From Candidatus Micrarchaeaceae archaeon (GTDB lineage: Archaea; Micrarchaeota; Micrarchaeia; Micrarchaeales; CABMGC01): 26,797 nt of DNA. Shown piece after piece: positions 14,618 to 23,724 of this stretch (position 1 is the stretch's first letter; every line of letters begins with the position of its first letter). A model generated the notes under the pieces. The model had not been told where the DNA came from, searched no databases, and worked only from the letters and a program-made list of their open reading frames with translations. The DNA is taken from assembly GCA_038878295.1 (NCBI GenBank), contig JAVZVY010000011.1, positions 1 to 26,797 on the forward strand. Reading direction: 5' to 3'. The translations under genes and the position numbers were made by a program.

Positions 14618-15523
14618 ATGAATAGCGAAAATCTTGAAGAAGAAATAGAAGGGGGAGCGCAGGAAAATCAAGATGCACAACAGAGTGCAAACGGTTTCGA
14701 TATAAATGGCTTGATAATAAAAAAATCAAATAGCAATGCAGAATTCAACAAGTATATAGAGCTCTCAAGCAAACTAGTCCTAAGCTATTATAGAAGGCTT
14801 GGCAGCATAAATAAGGCCAACGAGATAGTTTATGATTTGGTCAGCAAAGCAAAAGACGTTAATGAACTAGTCGATCACTATAATGCGCTCAAAGACGACG
14901 AGGAATCTTCAAAAAGCGATGCGGCCCAGACGGAAAAGGCGCGCGAAAAGATTGCAAACACGCTGCTCAATGACTATGTGAAAAGGTTCGGGCCCGGCAA
15001 ACGCGAAGCCTATAACACGCTTGTGCTTCAAGGCTGGCTCTCGAAGGTAGAGGGCTTGCATGACATGATACTGCTAATGGACAATGTGCTCACAATAAGG
15101 GATAAGCTGGGTAACTCCTGGGACTATGAACTGCATGTAGTGCCGCTTCTTCTAACTAAGGCTTATAATTTTGACATGCTGGCAGACTTCGCTAATTCTA
15201 CGACAAATTTGGTCGTCGGCCTAAGCAAGAAACTTGGAAACAACTACCTAGCGGTCATAACAACAGTGAAGATACTGGAACTATCTAACCATCCGAAAAC
15301 AGTCAAGAACTATCTAAAAGAAATGATAAGCGATGCAAAGAAGGAGATAGAGGAGCTCGATGCAGAGCTTGCGACCATAGGTTTGAACAAGATGTCAACC
15401 CTAGTTAACGCGATGAAAATAAAGAAAATAAAAGAAAGAATAAAGGCGCTCAATGAAGGAATAAATGAACTTATGGAAGGCATAGACCCGAAAGAGCTCT
15501 CTTTAGAAAATGCAAAAAGGTAG
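14618..15523 (+). CDS. Hypothetical all-helical protein with degenerate ~40-aa repeats and a C-terminal coiled coil
   Basis: 301-aa open frame with an AT-rich upstream region; no family recognised. Confidence 0.75.
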   Translation: MNSENLEEEIEGGAQENQDAQQSANGFDINGLIIKKSNSNAEFNKYIELSSKLVLSYYRRLGSINKANEIVYDLVSKAKDVNELVDHYNALKDDEESSKSDAAQTEKAREKIANTLLNDYVKRFGPGKREAYNTLVLQGWLSKVEGLHDMILLMDNVLTIRDKLGNSWDYELHVVPLLLTKAYNFDMLADFANSTTNLVVGLSKKLGNNYLAVITTVKILELSNHPKTVKNYLKEMISDAKKEIEELDAELATIGLNKMSTLVNAMKIKKIKERIKALNEGINELMEGIDPKELSLENAKR

Positions 15524-15535
15524 CGCATTCTTTAC

Positions 15536-15577
15536 CCACGCTAGCGTGGCTGGACTTCGGATTGGATCCGGCCACGC
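15536..15577. other. GC-rich palindrome/hairpin between convergent genes
   Basis: CCACGCTAGCGTGG (15536-15549) is a perfect palindrome. GCGTGGCTGGA (15544-15554) pairs with TCCGGCCACGC (15567-15577), with one G-U. Confidence 0.6.
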
Positions 15578-15578
15578 C

Positions 15579-16898
15579 TCATTTTTGTTTTTTTGATATG
15601 CTGTTTACAGCTTCTTCGAATATATCCATGCCTTTTTCAACGCTTGAATGCTTCACTGTAAGTGGCGGTATTATTCTTATTGTAGATTGCCCAGCGGGCA
15701 ACAGAAGCAGCCCTTTGTTGAACGAGTAGTTCAGTACCGCTTGTCTTTCTTCAACGCCAGGCTCCTTGCCTTTCTTTGTCTTGACAAATTCAACGCCTAT
15801 CATAAGGCCTATGCCTCTTACGTCACCTACACTCTCGTATTTTTCTTTCATCGAATTGAGCCTTTTGAGGATATACTTGCTTTCAGTTTTTATATGCCTC
15901 TGCAGGGATTTGAAGTTTCTCTTTACATATTCGAGAGAGGCTTTTGCTGCAGCTATTGAGAGAAGGTTGCCTCCGAAAGTATTTGCATGTGCACCAGCAG
16001 GCACATCTGCAATGCTATTCTTTACAATTGTTGCGCCTATTGGTAATCCGGCGCCAAGCGATTTGGCCATAGTATATATATCAGCTTTTACCTCGAAATT
16101 GTCGAGTGCAAGGAATTTTCCTGTGCGCATGTAGCCTGCCTGAACCTCATCATCAACTAGAACGATCCCATTTTCATCGGCTATCTTTCGTATTTCCTTG
16201 ACAAATTCTTTTGGTGGTACTACGTAACCGCCTTCGCCCTGTATAGGCTCCATAAATATTGCTGCTATCTCTTCTGGCGCTACCTCTTTACTCAGAGGGT
16301 ATTTCTTGATATAATCTACGCAGGCCAGGCCGCATGATGGATACTCTTGATGGAATGGGCATCTGTAGCAGTATGCGAATGGAACGTGTATCACAGCATT
16401 GAATGGCCCGAAATATTCTCTTTGAACAGATTTTGACGCTGTGAGGCCCAGAGAGCCCATAGTCCTGCCATGGAACGCATTGTAGAATGCGAGCGTGTAT
16501 GTGCGCTTTGTCGCAATCTTTGCATATTTAAGCGCCGCTTCATTGGCTTCTGTGCCAGAATTTGAATAGAATATTTTTCCAAATCCTTTCGGAAACATTT
16601 TGATGAACTTTTCTGCGAAATCAACAGGTAGAGCTGAGTAATAGTCTGTAAAAGCTGGATGCGTAAGTTTGTCGAGCTGAACCTTAATCGCGTTTCTCAC
16701 ATATGCGTTGGCATTCACGCCAAGGTTGTACACAGAGATGAAGCTTGAAAAGTCTATGAACTTGTTGCCTTCTACGTCGTATACAAAATCTCCAGAGCCA
16801 TGATCAGCTACGAAAGGGTAATCCTCCCTGGTGGTAGTCATTATGAATTTTTTGTCTCTTTTTATTATGCTGGCAGTGCGCTTTCCTATCTTCACCAT
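15579..16898 (-). CDS. Class III PLP-dependent aminotransferase (4-aminobutyrate/ornithine aminotransferase-like)
   Basis: NSGTEANEAA, AFHGRT, EPIQGEGG, DEVQAG..RTG, AKSLGAG (PLP Lys), HANTFGGN, VRGIGLM. Confidence 0.95.
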   Translation of the reverse strand: MVKIGKRTASIIKRDKKFIMTTTREDYPFVADHGSGDFVYDVEGNKFIDFSSFISVYNLGVNANAYVRNAIKVQLDKLTHPAFTDYYSALPVDFAEKFIKMFPKGFGKIFYSNSGTEANEAALKYAKIATKRTYTLAFYNAFHGRTMGSLGLTASKSVQREYFGPFNAVIHVPFAYCYRCPFHQEYPSCGLACVDYIKKYPLSKEVAPEEIAAIFMEPIQGEGGYVVPPKEFVKEIRKIADENGIVLVDDEVQAGYMRTGKFLALDNFEVKADIYTMAKSLGAGLPIGATIVKNSIADVPAGAHANTFGGNLLSIAAAKASLEYVKRNFKSLQRHIKTESKYILKRLNSMKEKYESVGDVRGIGLMIGVEFVKTKKGKEPGVEERQAVLNYSFNKGLLLLPAGQSTIRIIPPLTVKHSSVEKGMDIFEEAVNSISKKQK

Positions 16899-16967
16899 CT
16901 AATCAGTACTGCTGCTCTGGCAAAAAATAAAATCATTGCTGAATTATGCTTGAAGCTTGCTATAGAG

Positions 16968-17198
16968 TTAAGCTTTTGCACTCATGCCTAAAACTTTGTT
17001 CAGAGCGTTTCTGTCGCTCGCATCGACCTTTTCGTTAAGCAGTTCCAGATGCTTCACATTGCATCTTCTCTCCTTCTTTCTTTTTTCGGATATTATGTTA
17101 ACAAAATTCCGATCTATGATTTTGGTTATTACCACTTTGCTTCCTGCATCGCGTCCATATTTTTTTATGCATACCCTGCCAACTTCTATTAATGCCAT
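16968..17198 (-). CDS. rpl14e: 50S ribosomal protein L14e
   Basis: MALIEVGRVCIKKYGRDAG..VVI..IDRNFV...RRCNVKHLE. Start moved to ATG 17198 (AGGTGA-N4-ATG). Confidence 0.95.
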   Translation of the reverse strand: MALIEVGRVCIKKYGRDAGSKVVITKIIDRNFVNIISEKRKKERRCNVKHLELLNEKVDASDRNALNKVLGMSAKA

Positions 17199-17242
17199 GC
17201 GTTCACCTAAATCCGTAAATAGAACCATTTTGTATTACAAAT

Positions 17243-17791
17243 TCATCTTACTGCAGCAATTATTATATCTGCTACCTTCGAAGCGCGAATTTTGTCTGTT
17301 TTTATCGCGAGGTCGAAAGGGCTTGTGTCCCTTCCAAATTCTATTCCATAAAGGCGCTTGTATATCTTATAGTTTTCTACATCTCTGACTTTTACTATGT
17401 TAAGTGCTTTGCTTATGCTTGTCCCATCGCGCTTCGCCATCCTCTTCGCCCTGTTTTCTGTGCTTGCTGAGAGCCAGACTTTGAAGCCGCGCGGTGAGAG
17501 CCATGGCATGGTGTAGCTCGTTGCAACTATGCGCTCGCTGGCTATCTTTTTTACGAATATCCTGTCAGTTTCTTTGTCTATCCTGCTGTTCGATTTGCGC
17601 TCGTTGAGGAATTTTAAGCCCTCTTTTGTGTCCCACCAGTTCTCGCCGCTTATCTTATAGCCCATGCTGATTGCCACTTCCTTTAGTATGTCGCTACCGT
17701 TTACGGCCTTTATATGAAGCTTCTTGGCTATTATCCCAGCCACTGTTGTTTTGCCGCTTGCTGGCAAGCCTGATATGATTATAGACTGCAT
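17243..17791 (-). CDS. cmk: Cytidylate kinase (archaeal type)
   Basis: P-loop ISGLPASGKTT, KVWLSAS...RAKR...RD, YKRLYGI..FDL. Located between L34e and L14e. Confidence 0.9.
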   Translation of the reverse strand: MQSIIISGLPASGKTTVAGIIAKKLHIKAVNGSDILKEVAISMGYKISGENWWDTKEGLKFLNERKSNSRIDKETDRIFVKKIASERIVATSYTMPWLSPRGFKVWLSASTENRAKRMAKRDGTSISKALNIVKVRDVENYKIYKRLYGIEFGRDTSPFDLAIKTDKIRASKVADIIIAAVR

Positions 17792-17799
17792 GAAATCCG

Positions 17800-18126
17800 T
17801 CAATGCGAAATCATTTGCAGTATGTAGCTGCGCTGCTTTATGCCTATGTCTGTAAGCTTGAGCTCGCCGCTCTCCACTCTGCTGCTAAGCTTTACCACTT
17901 CGGCAGTGCATTTGGCGCAGAGCACGCCTCCGAAGAGCCTTTCGTTGGTCCTGAGAGATCTGCCCTTTGCATGCCTGCTAACGCTTATGCCATTGAGCTC
18001 AACGCCGCATATGGCACAGTGCGGAATAGAATTGCGACGCCGCTCGTAATGTATTACGTGCCTCTTCTTAAGCGTAACTCTGTCAAGTCTCCTAAAACTG
18101 TTCGATCTGTGCATTGGTTTTGGCAA
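17800..18126 (-). CDS. rpl34e: 50S ribosomal protein L34e
   Basis: MPKPMHRS, CAICG..LNG, ERLFGGVLCAKC. TTG start with AGGTGT-N4. Confidence 0.93.
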   Translation of the reverse strand: MPKPMHRSNSFRRLDRVTLKKRHVIHYERRRNSIPHCAICGVELNGISVSRHAKGRSLRTNERLFGGVLCAKCTAEVVKLSSRVESGELKLTDIGIKQRSYILQMISH

Positions 18127-18585
18127 ACAAACACCTACATTTAGAAGTATAAGGTAGTATTTATTGGCTGAGCTATCTATAAAAACTTATTGCTATGGCG
18201 GCATTTCGGCATTTTATGGGCTTGGTGCCGTGGTTGTTTTCTGACTTTTCACTTCGTATGCTATTTTCGGACCTTCTTTAAAGAAGAGTGAGACTACTGA
18301 TATTACACTTAGAACAAATTCAAGCCAGATAAAACAGATATCAGTAGAACTTCTCCTACTTTCGAATAAGCCAGAGCGCTTGTAATCTAGGTATTATAAG
18401 TCCGGCTCATACGCCGCGGATATATGCATCATTTATAAAACGCCTGATTGCAAAAAATATCGCGCTTAGAATCAATTCCAATAAAGTTAGGCCAATACGA
18501 GTTTCGGCTTGGTATTTATCCTGTTGAGTTAGTTTTTATTTTATCCATGCGTTCCCTTTTATATCAGCATTGGACGCCTTGACAA

Positions 18586-19065
18586 TCATCCGCTAAAATT
18601 AGACCCTTGCTGTGCGGCCAGTTCGGCTTGCTTTCTTGCCTTTGCTTTGCGTCTGTCTACAACCATCAGCACAATCGAAGATATGACGCCGAGAAGGAAA
18701 ACAACATAGAAAAAGAATATTCTATAGTTTACGCTGAGAGAGGAGATATGCACAGTTGACGAGCTTGGGAATGCCATTGGCAGCGCCACGTAATAAAGAA
18801 TGATAAATATAGGTAGTATTATTATGCTCGCCTTGAGCTGCTTCGCCATCACTTTGCCACTTATGTGCATGAGCTCCTTCTGCTTTGCGGCAAGCTCCTC
18901 CTGGCTCGCGTTGTTCTTGACCATTTCCATGAGCTCCTTCTGCTTGACCTTCATCTGGTCCTGCATGTCGTAAAGTTCATTGACATTTGAGAGCTTGCGC
19001 TGCAGGAACACAGAAAAAGCGACATATGCAACGCTAATCAATACAATTTCAAGCAGAAGCAACAT
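18586..19065 (-). CDS. EMC3/TMCO1 (DUF106) family Oxa1-superfamily membrane protein
   Basis: TM1, then a cytoplasmic Met/Gln/Lys-rich coiled coil, then two TMs. Typical position upstream of L34e-cmk-L14e. Confidence 0.8.
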   Translation of the reverse strand: MLLLLEIVLISVAYVAFSVFLQRKLSNVNELYDMQDQMKVKQKELMEMVKNNASQEELAAKQKELMHISGKVMAKQLKASIIILPIFIILYYVALPMAFPSSSTVHISSLSVNYRIFFFYVVFLLGVISSIVLMVVDRRKAKARKQAELAAQQGSNFSG

Positions 19066-19127
19066 TCTATCAAGTATATGTGGTTTTATTATTGTTTTTG
19101 AGGTATATAAATGTATCTGGTGATGGC

Positions 19128-20372
19128 ATGAGCAGCATGCTTATTAAAGGAGCGATAGTGGTCACGCAAAACGCCGAGAGGAGCATCATCAACGGCGATG
19201 TGTATATAGAAGATAACAGAATAGGCGAGATTGCCAGCCATATAAACGTTGGCGCTGATTACGAGATAGACGCGAGCGGAAAGATACTAATGCCAGGGCT
19301 CATAAACACCCATACTCATGTTGGCATGAGCTCGATGCGCGGCTATGCCGACGATATCAGCCTTGACAGATTTCTTGACAAGACATTTGCCTTTGATAAA
19401 GGGAGAAGTTACGCAAGCATATACGGCGACAGCTTGATCTCTATACAGGAAATGCTTGAGACTGGCACAACCTCGTTTTTGGATCTGTACTACGGCGAGG
19501 ACACGATAGCAAAGGCGGCTGAGAGACTGGGTGCGCGTGCATTTTTGGCATGGGTTGTTCTAGACAAGGAGTATACGACTCAAAAAGGCACGCCTTTAGC
19601 AAACGCTGAACATTTCGTAAGGAAGTTTGCCGGCAAAGACGGGCTTATTAGCCCTGAAGTTGGATTGCAGGGCATTTATGTGTGCAGTGACGAAACACTT
19701 CTTAGCGCTATGGAACTTGCTGAAAGATATGGTAGGATAATAACAATGCACCTTGCAGAAACCGCGAGAGAGGTCGAGGCGAGCAAGAAAAAGCACGGCA
19801 AGGGTCCTATAGAATATCTTGATAGTATAGGATTTCTCAATTGGCGGCTTATAGCCGCGCATGTTGTGCACGCGTATGAAAACGACATAATGCTTCTGGC
19901 ACGCAGGGGCGTCACAGTATCGCACAACCCAGCAAGCAACATGAAGCTTGGCAATGGCATCGCCCCAGTATACAAGATGCTTAAAGCTGGCATAAACGTC
20001 ACTATTGGCACTGACAGCGTAGCAAGCAACAACAGCCTTGATATGTTCCAAAGCATAAAGCTTGCGGCGTTACTGCAGAAAGGCGCAACCAGAGATCCAA
20101 GCGCTTTGACTGCGCAGCAAGCCCTCGATTTAGCGACTGTAAACGCTGCGAAGGCGCTTGGTGCTGACGATAAGATAGGCAGTATAGAGGAGGGCAAGCT
20201 TGCTGATTTGGTGCTTCTTGACCCGCATCCAAATGGTCTGCCGCTCAGCAGGGAGAACGCAGTATCAAATATAGTTTATGCTCTTGAGGGTCTCAACGTC
20301 GAAATGAGCATAATAAACGGAAAAATAGTATTTGACAAAAACAAAAGAAAAAAACGCCAAACTAGGCCTTAG
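19128..20372 (+). CDS. Amidohydrolase, MTA/SAH deaminase-like
   Basis: PGLINTHTH, GTTSF.D.Y, MHLAET, AAHVVH, HNPASNMKL, GTDS.ASNN.LDMF, GKLADL. Start moved to ATG 19128 (GGTGA-N4-ATG). Confidence 0.92.
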   Translation: MSSMLIKGAIVVTQNAERSIINGDVYIEDNRIGEIASHINVGADYEIDASGKILMPGLINTHTHVGMSSMRGYADDISLDRFLDKTFAFDKGRSYASIYGDSLISIQEMLETGTTSFLDLYYGEDTIAKAAERLGARAFLAWVVLDKEYTTQKGTPLANAEHFVRKFAGKDGLISPEVGLQGIYVCSDETLLSAMELAERYGRIITMHLAETAREVEASKKKHGKGPIEYLDSIGFLNWRLIAAHVVHAYENDIMLLARRGVTVSHNPASNMKLGNGIAPVYKMLKAGINVTIGTDSVASNNSLDMFQSIKLAALLQKGATRDPSALTAQQALDLATVNAAKALGADDKIGSIEEGKLADLVLLDPHPNGLPLSRENAVSNIVYALEGLNVEMSIINGKIVFDKNKRKKRQTRP

Positions 20373-20374
20373 AG

Positions 20375-22024
20375 TCACTCCATTTCGCCGCTAGGAGGCA
20401 TGTTTCCCTGCGCTCCTCCAGCAGGCGACTTTGCTTTGGAGCTTATCATGTCATCGATTCTGAGTATTATCTCAGAGGCTTCGCTTGCGCTTAGTATCGC
20501 TTGAGCCTTAACCTTCAGCGGCTCCAGAACGCCGAGTTTTTCCATGTCGTTGATCTTGTTTCTGAACACGTCCACGCCGAAGGTCCTACCATCTTTGCCC
20601 TTATGCTTTGTCCTGAGCTGGACAAGCGTGTCTATTGCGTCCATGCCGGCGCTTTCAGCCAAGGTCTTCGGTATTATTTCGAGTGCATCAGCAAAAGCCT
20701 GTATTGCGAGCTGCTCCCTTCCGCCGACCTCGCTGGCATAGTCTCTTAGGCTGTTTGCAACATCAACTTCTATGCTGCCACCGCCTATGACGTACTTCTT
20801 TCCTTCTATTGCGCTTGCAACCGCTCCTATTGCGTCGTTGAGAGCGCGCTCTACCTCGTTGACAACCTGTTGCGTGCTGCTTCTTATGAAGATTGTGACG
20901 CTCTTTGGATCCTTGCACTTTTCTACGAAGACCATCTGTTCTTCACCAATCTTCCTTTCCTCTATCTGGCCTGCGAATCCGAGATCCGCTTCAGACAAGT
21001 CAGCAAGACTTGTGACAATCTTGGCACCGGTGGCCTTTGCGAGCTTCTCCATGTCGCTCTTCTTGACGCGCCTCACAGCAAGAATACCGGCCTTTGCCAT
21101 GTAGTGTTGAGCAATGTCATCTATGCCTTTTTGCACAAATATTGCGTTTGCGTTTGTTTTTGCGACCTTGTCTACCATATCCTTCAGCATCTTCTCCTCC
21201 TGCGCTAGGAAGGCCTGCATCTGTTCTGGTGAGGTTATCTCTATCCTTGCGTCAGTTTCTGTCTTCTCTATCTCGAAGGCCACATCCAAGAGTGCAACTT
21301 TCGCATTGTTCAAAACTTTAGGCATGCTTGGATGCGCAACCTCCTTGTCTATAAGCACGCCGTTTATGAACTCAGTATCCGCAATGCCGCCACCCTCCTT
21401 CTTCTCGAGCTTTATGAAGTCCTTGTCTATTATGAGTTTTCCGTTCCTTGTTTCTGCGACCTGCTTTATGGCTTTTATAACAAGTTCGGCAAGATACTTT
21501 TTGATGCTTTCATCGCCGACGTTCTTGGAAGCCATCGATATCAGGGCTATTTTCTCGAGTTTGTCGTCGTCGTCAAGCGATATGTCGTAAGAGTACTTGT
21601 CAAGGATCTCTATGGCCTTGTCGGCAGCCATCTTGTAGCCGTTTATTATCGTTGTAGGGTGTATGCTCTGCTCTATCAAGTTGCCAGCGTATTTCAACAG
21701 CTCACCAGAAAGTATCACTGCTGTAGTGGTGCCGTCCCCAACTTCCTTGTCTTGTGTCTTTGCAATGTCTACCATTATCTTCGCTACTGGGTGCTCTACG
21801 TTCATTTCCTCTAGTATTGTCGCACCGTCGTTGGTTATGACTATGTCGCCAAGCTCGCTTACGAGCATCTTGTCCATGCCTTTAGGACCGAGAGTTGTCT
21901 TGACCGCGCTAGCTACCGCATACGCTATTGCTATGTTTGTCCTCTGTGCCTCTCTTCCAAGAAGCCTTGTAGCGCCTTCCGGCAACACAATGTAAGGTTG
22001 TCCCAATTGATTATTTTCTGCCAT
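20375..22024 (-). CDS. ths: Thermosome subunit (group II chaperonin)
   Basis: [32 protein letters not shown]. Confidence 0.98.
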   Translation of the reverse strand: MAENNQLGQPYIVLPEGATRLLGREAQRTNIAIAYAVASAVKTTLGPKGMDKMLVSELGDIVITNDGATILEEMNVEHPVAKIMVDIAKTQDKEVGDGTTTAVILSGELLKYAGNLIEQSIHPTTIINGYKMAADKAIEILDKYSYDISLDDDDKLEKIALISMASKNVGDESIKKYLAELVIKAIKQVAETRNGKLIIDKDFIKLEKKEGGGIADTEFINGVLIDKEVAHPSMPKVLNNAKVALLDVAFEIEKTETDARIEITSPEQMQAFLAQEEKMLKDMVDKVAKTNANAIFVQKGIDDIAQHYMAKAGILAVRRVKKSDMEKLAKATGAKIVTSLADLSEADLGFAGQIEERKIGEEQMVFVEKCKDPKSVTIFIRSSTQQVVNEVERALNDAIGAVASAIEGKKYVIGGGSIEVDVANSLRDYASEVGGREQLAIQAFADALEIIPKTLAESAGMDAIDTLVQLRTKHKGKDGRTFGVDVFRNKINDMEKLGVLEPLKVKAQAILSASEASEIILRIDDMISSKAKSPAGGAQGNMPPSGEME

Positions 22025-22214
22025 ATTTACACCTTATAGCTTTTAAACAAGAAGATTCTTCATGACAAAAACTCGATTGAAATCGCTAATGTGTATGTTG
22101 CTAATTCGTTATATAATATGAAGGATAAAATTTTTATACCTTACCTTTATCGACGAGAAGCCTTATTCTATATGTTCGGTGAGATGCAGCGCAATCCCGA
22201 AAAAATCTAGCTTT

Positions 22215-22230
22215 GCGAAAAGTTTATAAT
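22215..22230 (+). promoter_or_regulatory. BRE plus TATA box of the single-repeat TBP gene
   Basis: GCGAAAAG followed by TTTATAAT (22223-22230), ending 29 nt before ATG 22260. Spacing fits a leaderless or short-leader archaeal transcript. Confidence 0.6.
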
Positions 22231-22259
22231 TACACTATTAGATTTAATATTGTGCTAAC

Positions 22260-22568
22260 ATGGAAGACCAGGAGCAGAAAAAAAGGGAACTGAATCCAAA
22301 GCCTCAAATAAAGATACAGAACATCGTAGTAAGCGCGGACCTTCATGTTTCGGTTGACTTGTATGCGCTCTCTAAAGGCGTCAAGGAAGTGGATTATGAG
22401 CCTGAGCAGTTCCCAGGCGCTATATTCAGGATAAATGAGCCAAAGGCTGTGATCATTCTTTTTAAGAACGGAAAGCTCATATGCACAGGCTCAAGTTCCG
22501 AAGCCGATATAGAGCGTGTGCTAAAACATGCCGCAAAAGTCATAATGAAATATACCATAGCCTCTTAG
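22260..22568 (+). CDS. Single-repeat (half) TATA-box-binding protein
   Basis: IQNIVVSADL...DL...YEPEQFPGAIFRINEPKAVIILFKNGKLICTG is one complete TBP repeat, in a protein of only 102 aa. Confidence 0.9.
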   Translation: MEDQEQKKRELNPKPQIKIQNIVVSADLHVSVDLYALSKGVKEVDYEPEQFPGAIFRINEPKAVIILFKNGKLICTGSSSEADIERVLKHAAKVIMKYTIAS

Positions 22569-23708
22569 CTAGCTGATATATTCGCCGTTTGCTACACGCC
22601 TTGCGATTTTGTCGAATTTTTCGAAGAATGCCTCCCAGGAGTAGTTTTTCTCTACAAGCTTCCTACCAGCCTTGCCCAGCTCTTTAGCGACATCTGTGTG
22701 CTCGGCAATGAACTGCATCTTGTTGGCCATTTCCTCTACAGAATTGACAAGGTAGCCTGTCTTTCCATCCACTATCGTTTCCTTAGGACCGCCTTCGTTT
22801 ACTGATATTACGGGCTTGGCGCTAGCCATGGCCTCGATTGGCACCATGCCGAAATCCTCGTTTATAGCTGCGAAGAGCACCGCTGATGACCTTGCAATCA
22901 TATTTCTCATTTCTTTGTCTGCAACATTTATTTTGAATATGACGTTCTTCACGCCTTTCGCTTGAAGATCATTGAAATATTTGACGTGCTCTTTGTCTTT
23001 GGATAGCGCTCCTGCTATTATGAGTTTCATATTGCCCTTTGCCTTTCTCTGGAATTTTGCGAACGCGTCAATCACATAATCCTGCCTTTTCGTAGGAATT
23101 ATCCTTGAAGGGTATATGAAAAACCTCTCGTAGTCTATATTTTTGTATTCGCTTACATCGACGCCTGGGTTTATCACTGTAGAATGCCTGGAAAAATACT
23201 CGCTTATGCGCCCTTGCGTATTTGAGCTGTTTGTTACTATAGCTTCAATCTTCTTTATTATTCCGCCCATTATGAATTTGTACGTCCTTGTAAACGTTGC
23301 GTAGATAATCTTTTCTTTGTAGCTCCTACCCTTGGACCTTATGGAATACAGGTCATATACCTCCCTTGGCGGCGTGTGACAATACCACAGCACCCTCGGA
23401 TTCTTGTGTCTTATCCATTCGCTTGGCGATATGTGCGCATTTATCAGATCGTAATCGTCGCCCACTTTGAAGTTGTAGAAGTTGTAGCCGTAGGTAAGGC
23501 CCTGGGATGCCCTGTATGGGAGACTTTCCGCAAATGGCACCTTTTTGCCTATTATCTCTATGTCGAGATCCCTGAATTCTGGAAACGTCGTGCGCTTGTT
23601 GTATTCTATCGTATAGATTTTTGCATCGTAATGTTGAGCTATCTTGAGGATGACCTTTTCGGCTCCGCCCATTAGGGTAAGGTAGGGTTGCGCTATTGCA
23701 AGCTTCAT
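22569..23708 (-). CDS. Glycosyltransferase family 4 (GT-B)
   Basis: GGAEKV, YCHTPPR, NSSNT, SRIIPTKRQ, EDFGMVPIEAMASAKPVI, GGPKETIVDGKTGYL. Confidence 0.95.
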   Translation of the reverse strand: MKLAIAQPYLTLMGGAEKVILKIAQHYDAKIYTIEYNKRTTFPEFRDLDIEIIGKKVPFAESLPYRASQGLTYGYNFYNFKVGDDYDLINAHISPSEWIRHKNPRVLWYCHTPPREVYDLYSIRSKGRSYKEKIIYATFTRTYKFIMGGIIKKIEAIVTNSSNTQGRISEYFSRHSTVINPGVDVSEYKNIDYERFFIYPSRIIPTKRQDYVIDAFAKFQRKAKGNMKLIIAGALSKDKEHVKYFNDLQAKGVKNVIFKINVADKEMRNMIARSSAVLFAAINEDFGMVPIEAMASAKPVISVNEGGPKETIVDGKTGYLVNSVEEMANKMQFIAEHTDVAKELGKAGRKLVEKNYSWEAFFEKFDKIARRVANGEYIS

Positions 23709-23724
23709 GGATTCACCTTTCTTG

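Noticed and set aside
15530..15580. Possible split-tRNA half or CRISPR repeat
   Set aside because: No T-arm or anticodon-arm consensus, and no repeated copies in the window.
18868..18945. Direct repeat CATGAGCTCCTTCTGCTT in the DUF106 gene
   Set aside because: Two copies encoding KQKELM in a coiled coil; a coding repeat, not CRISPR or a mobile element.
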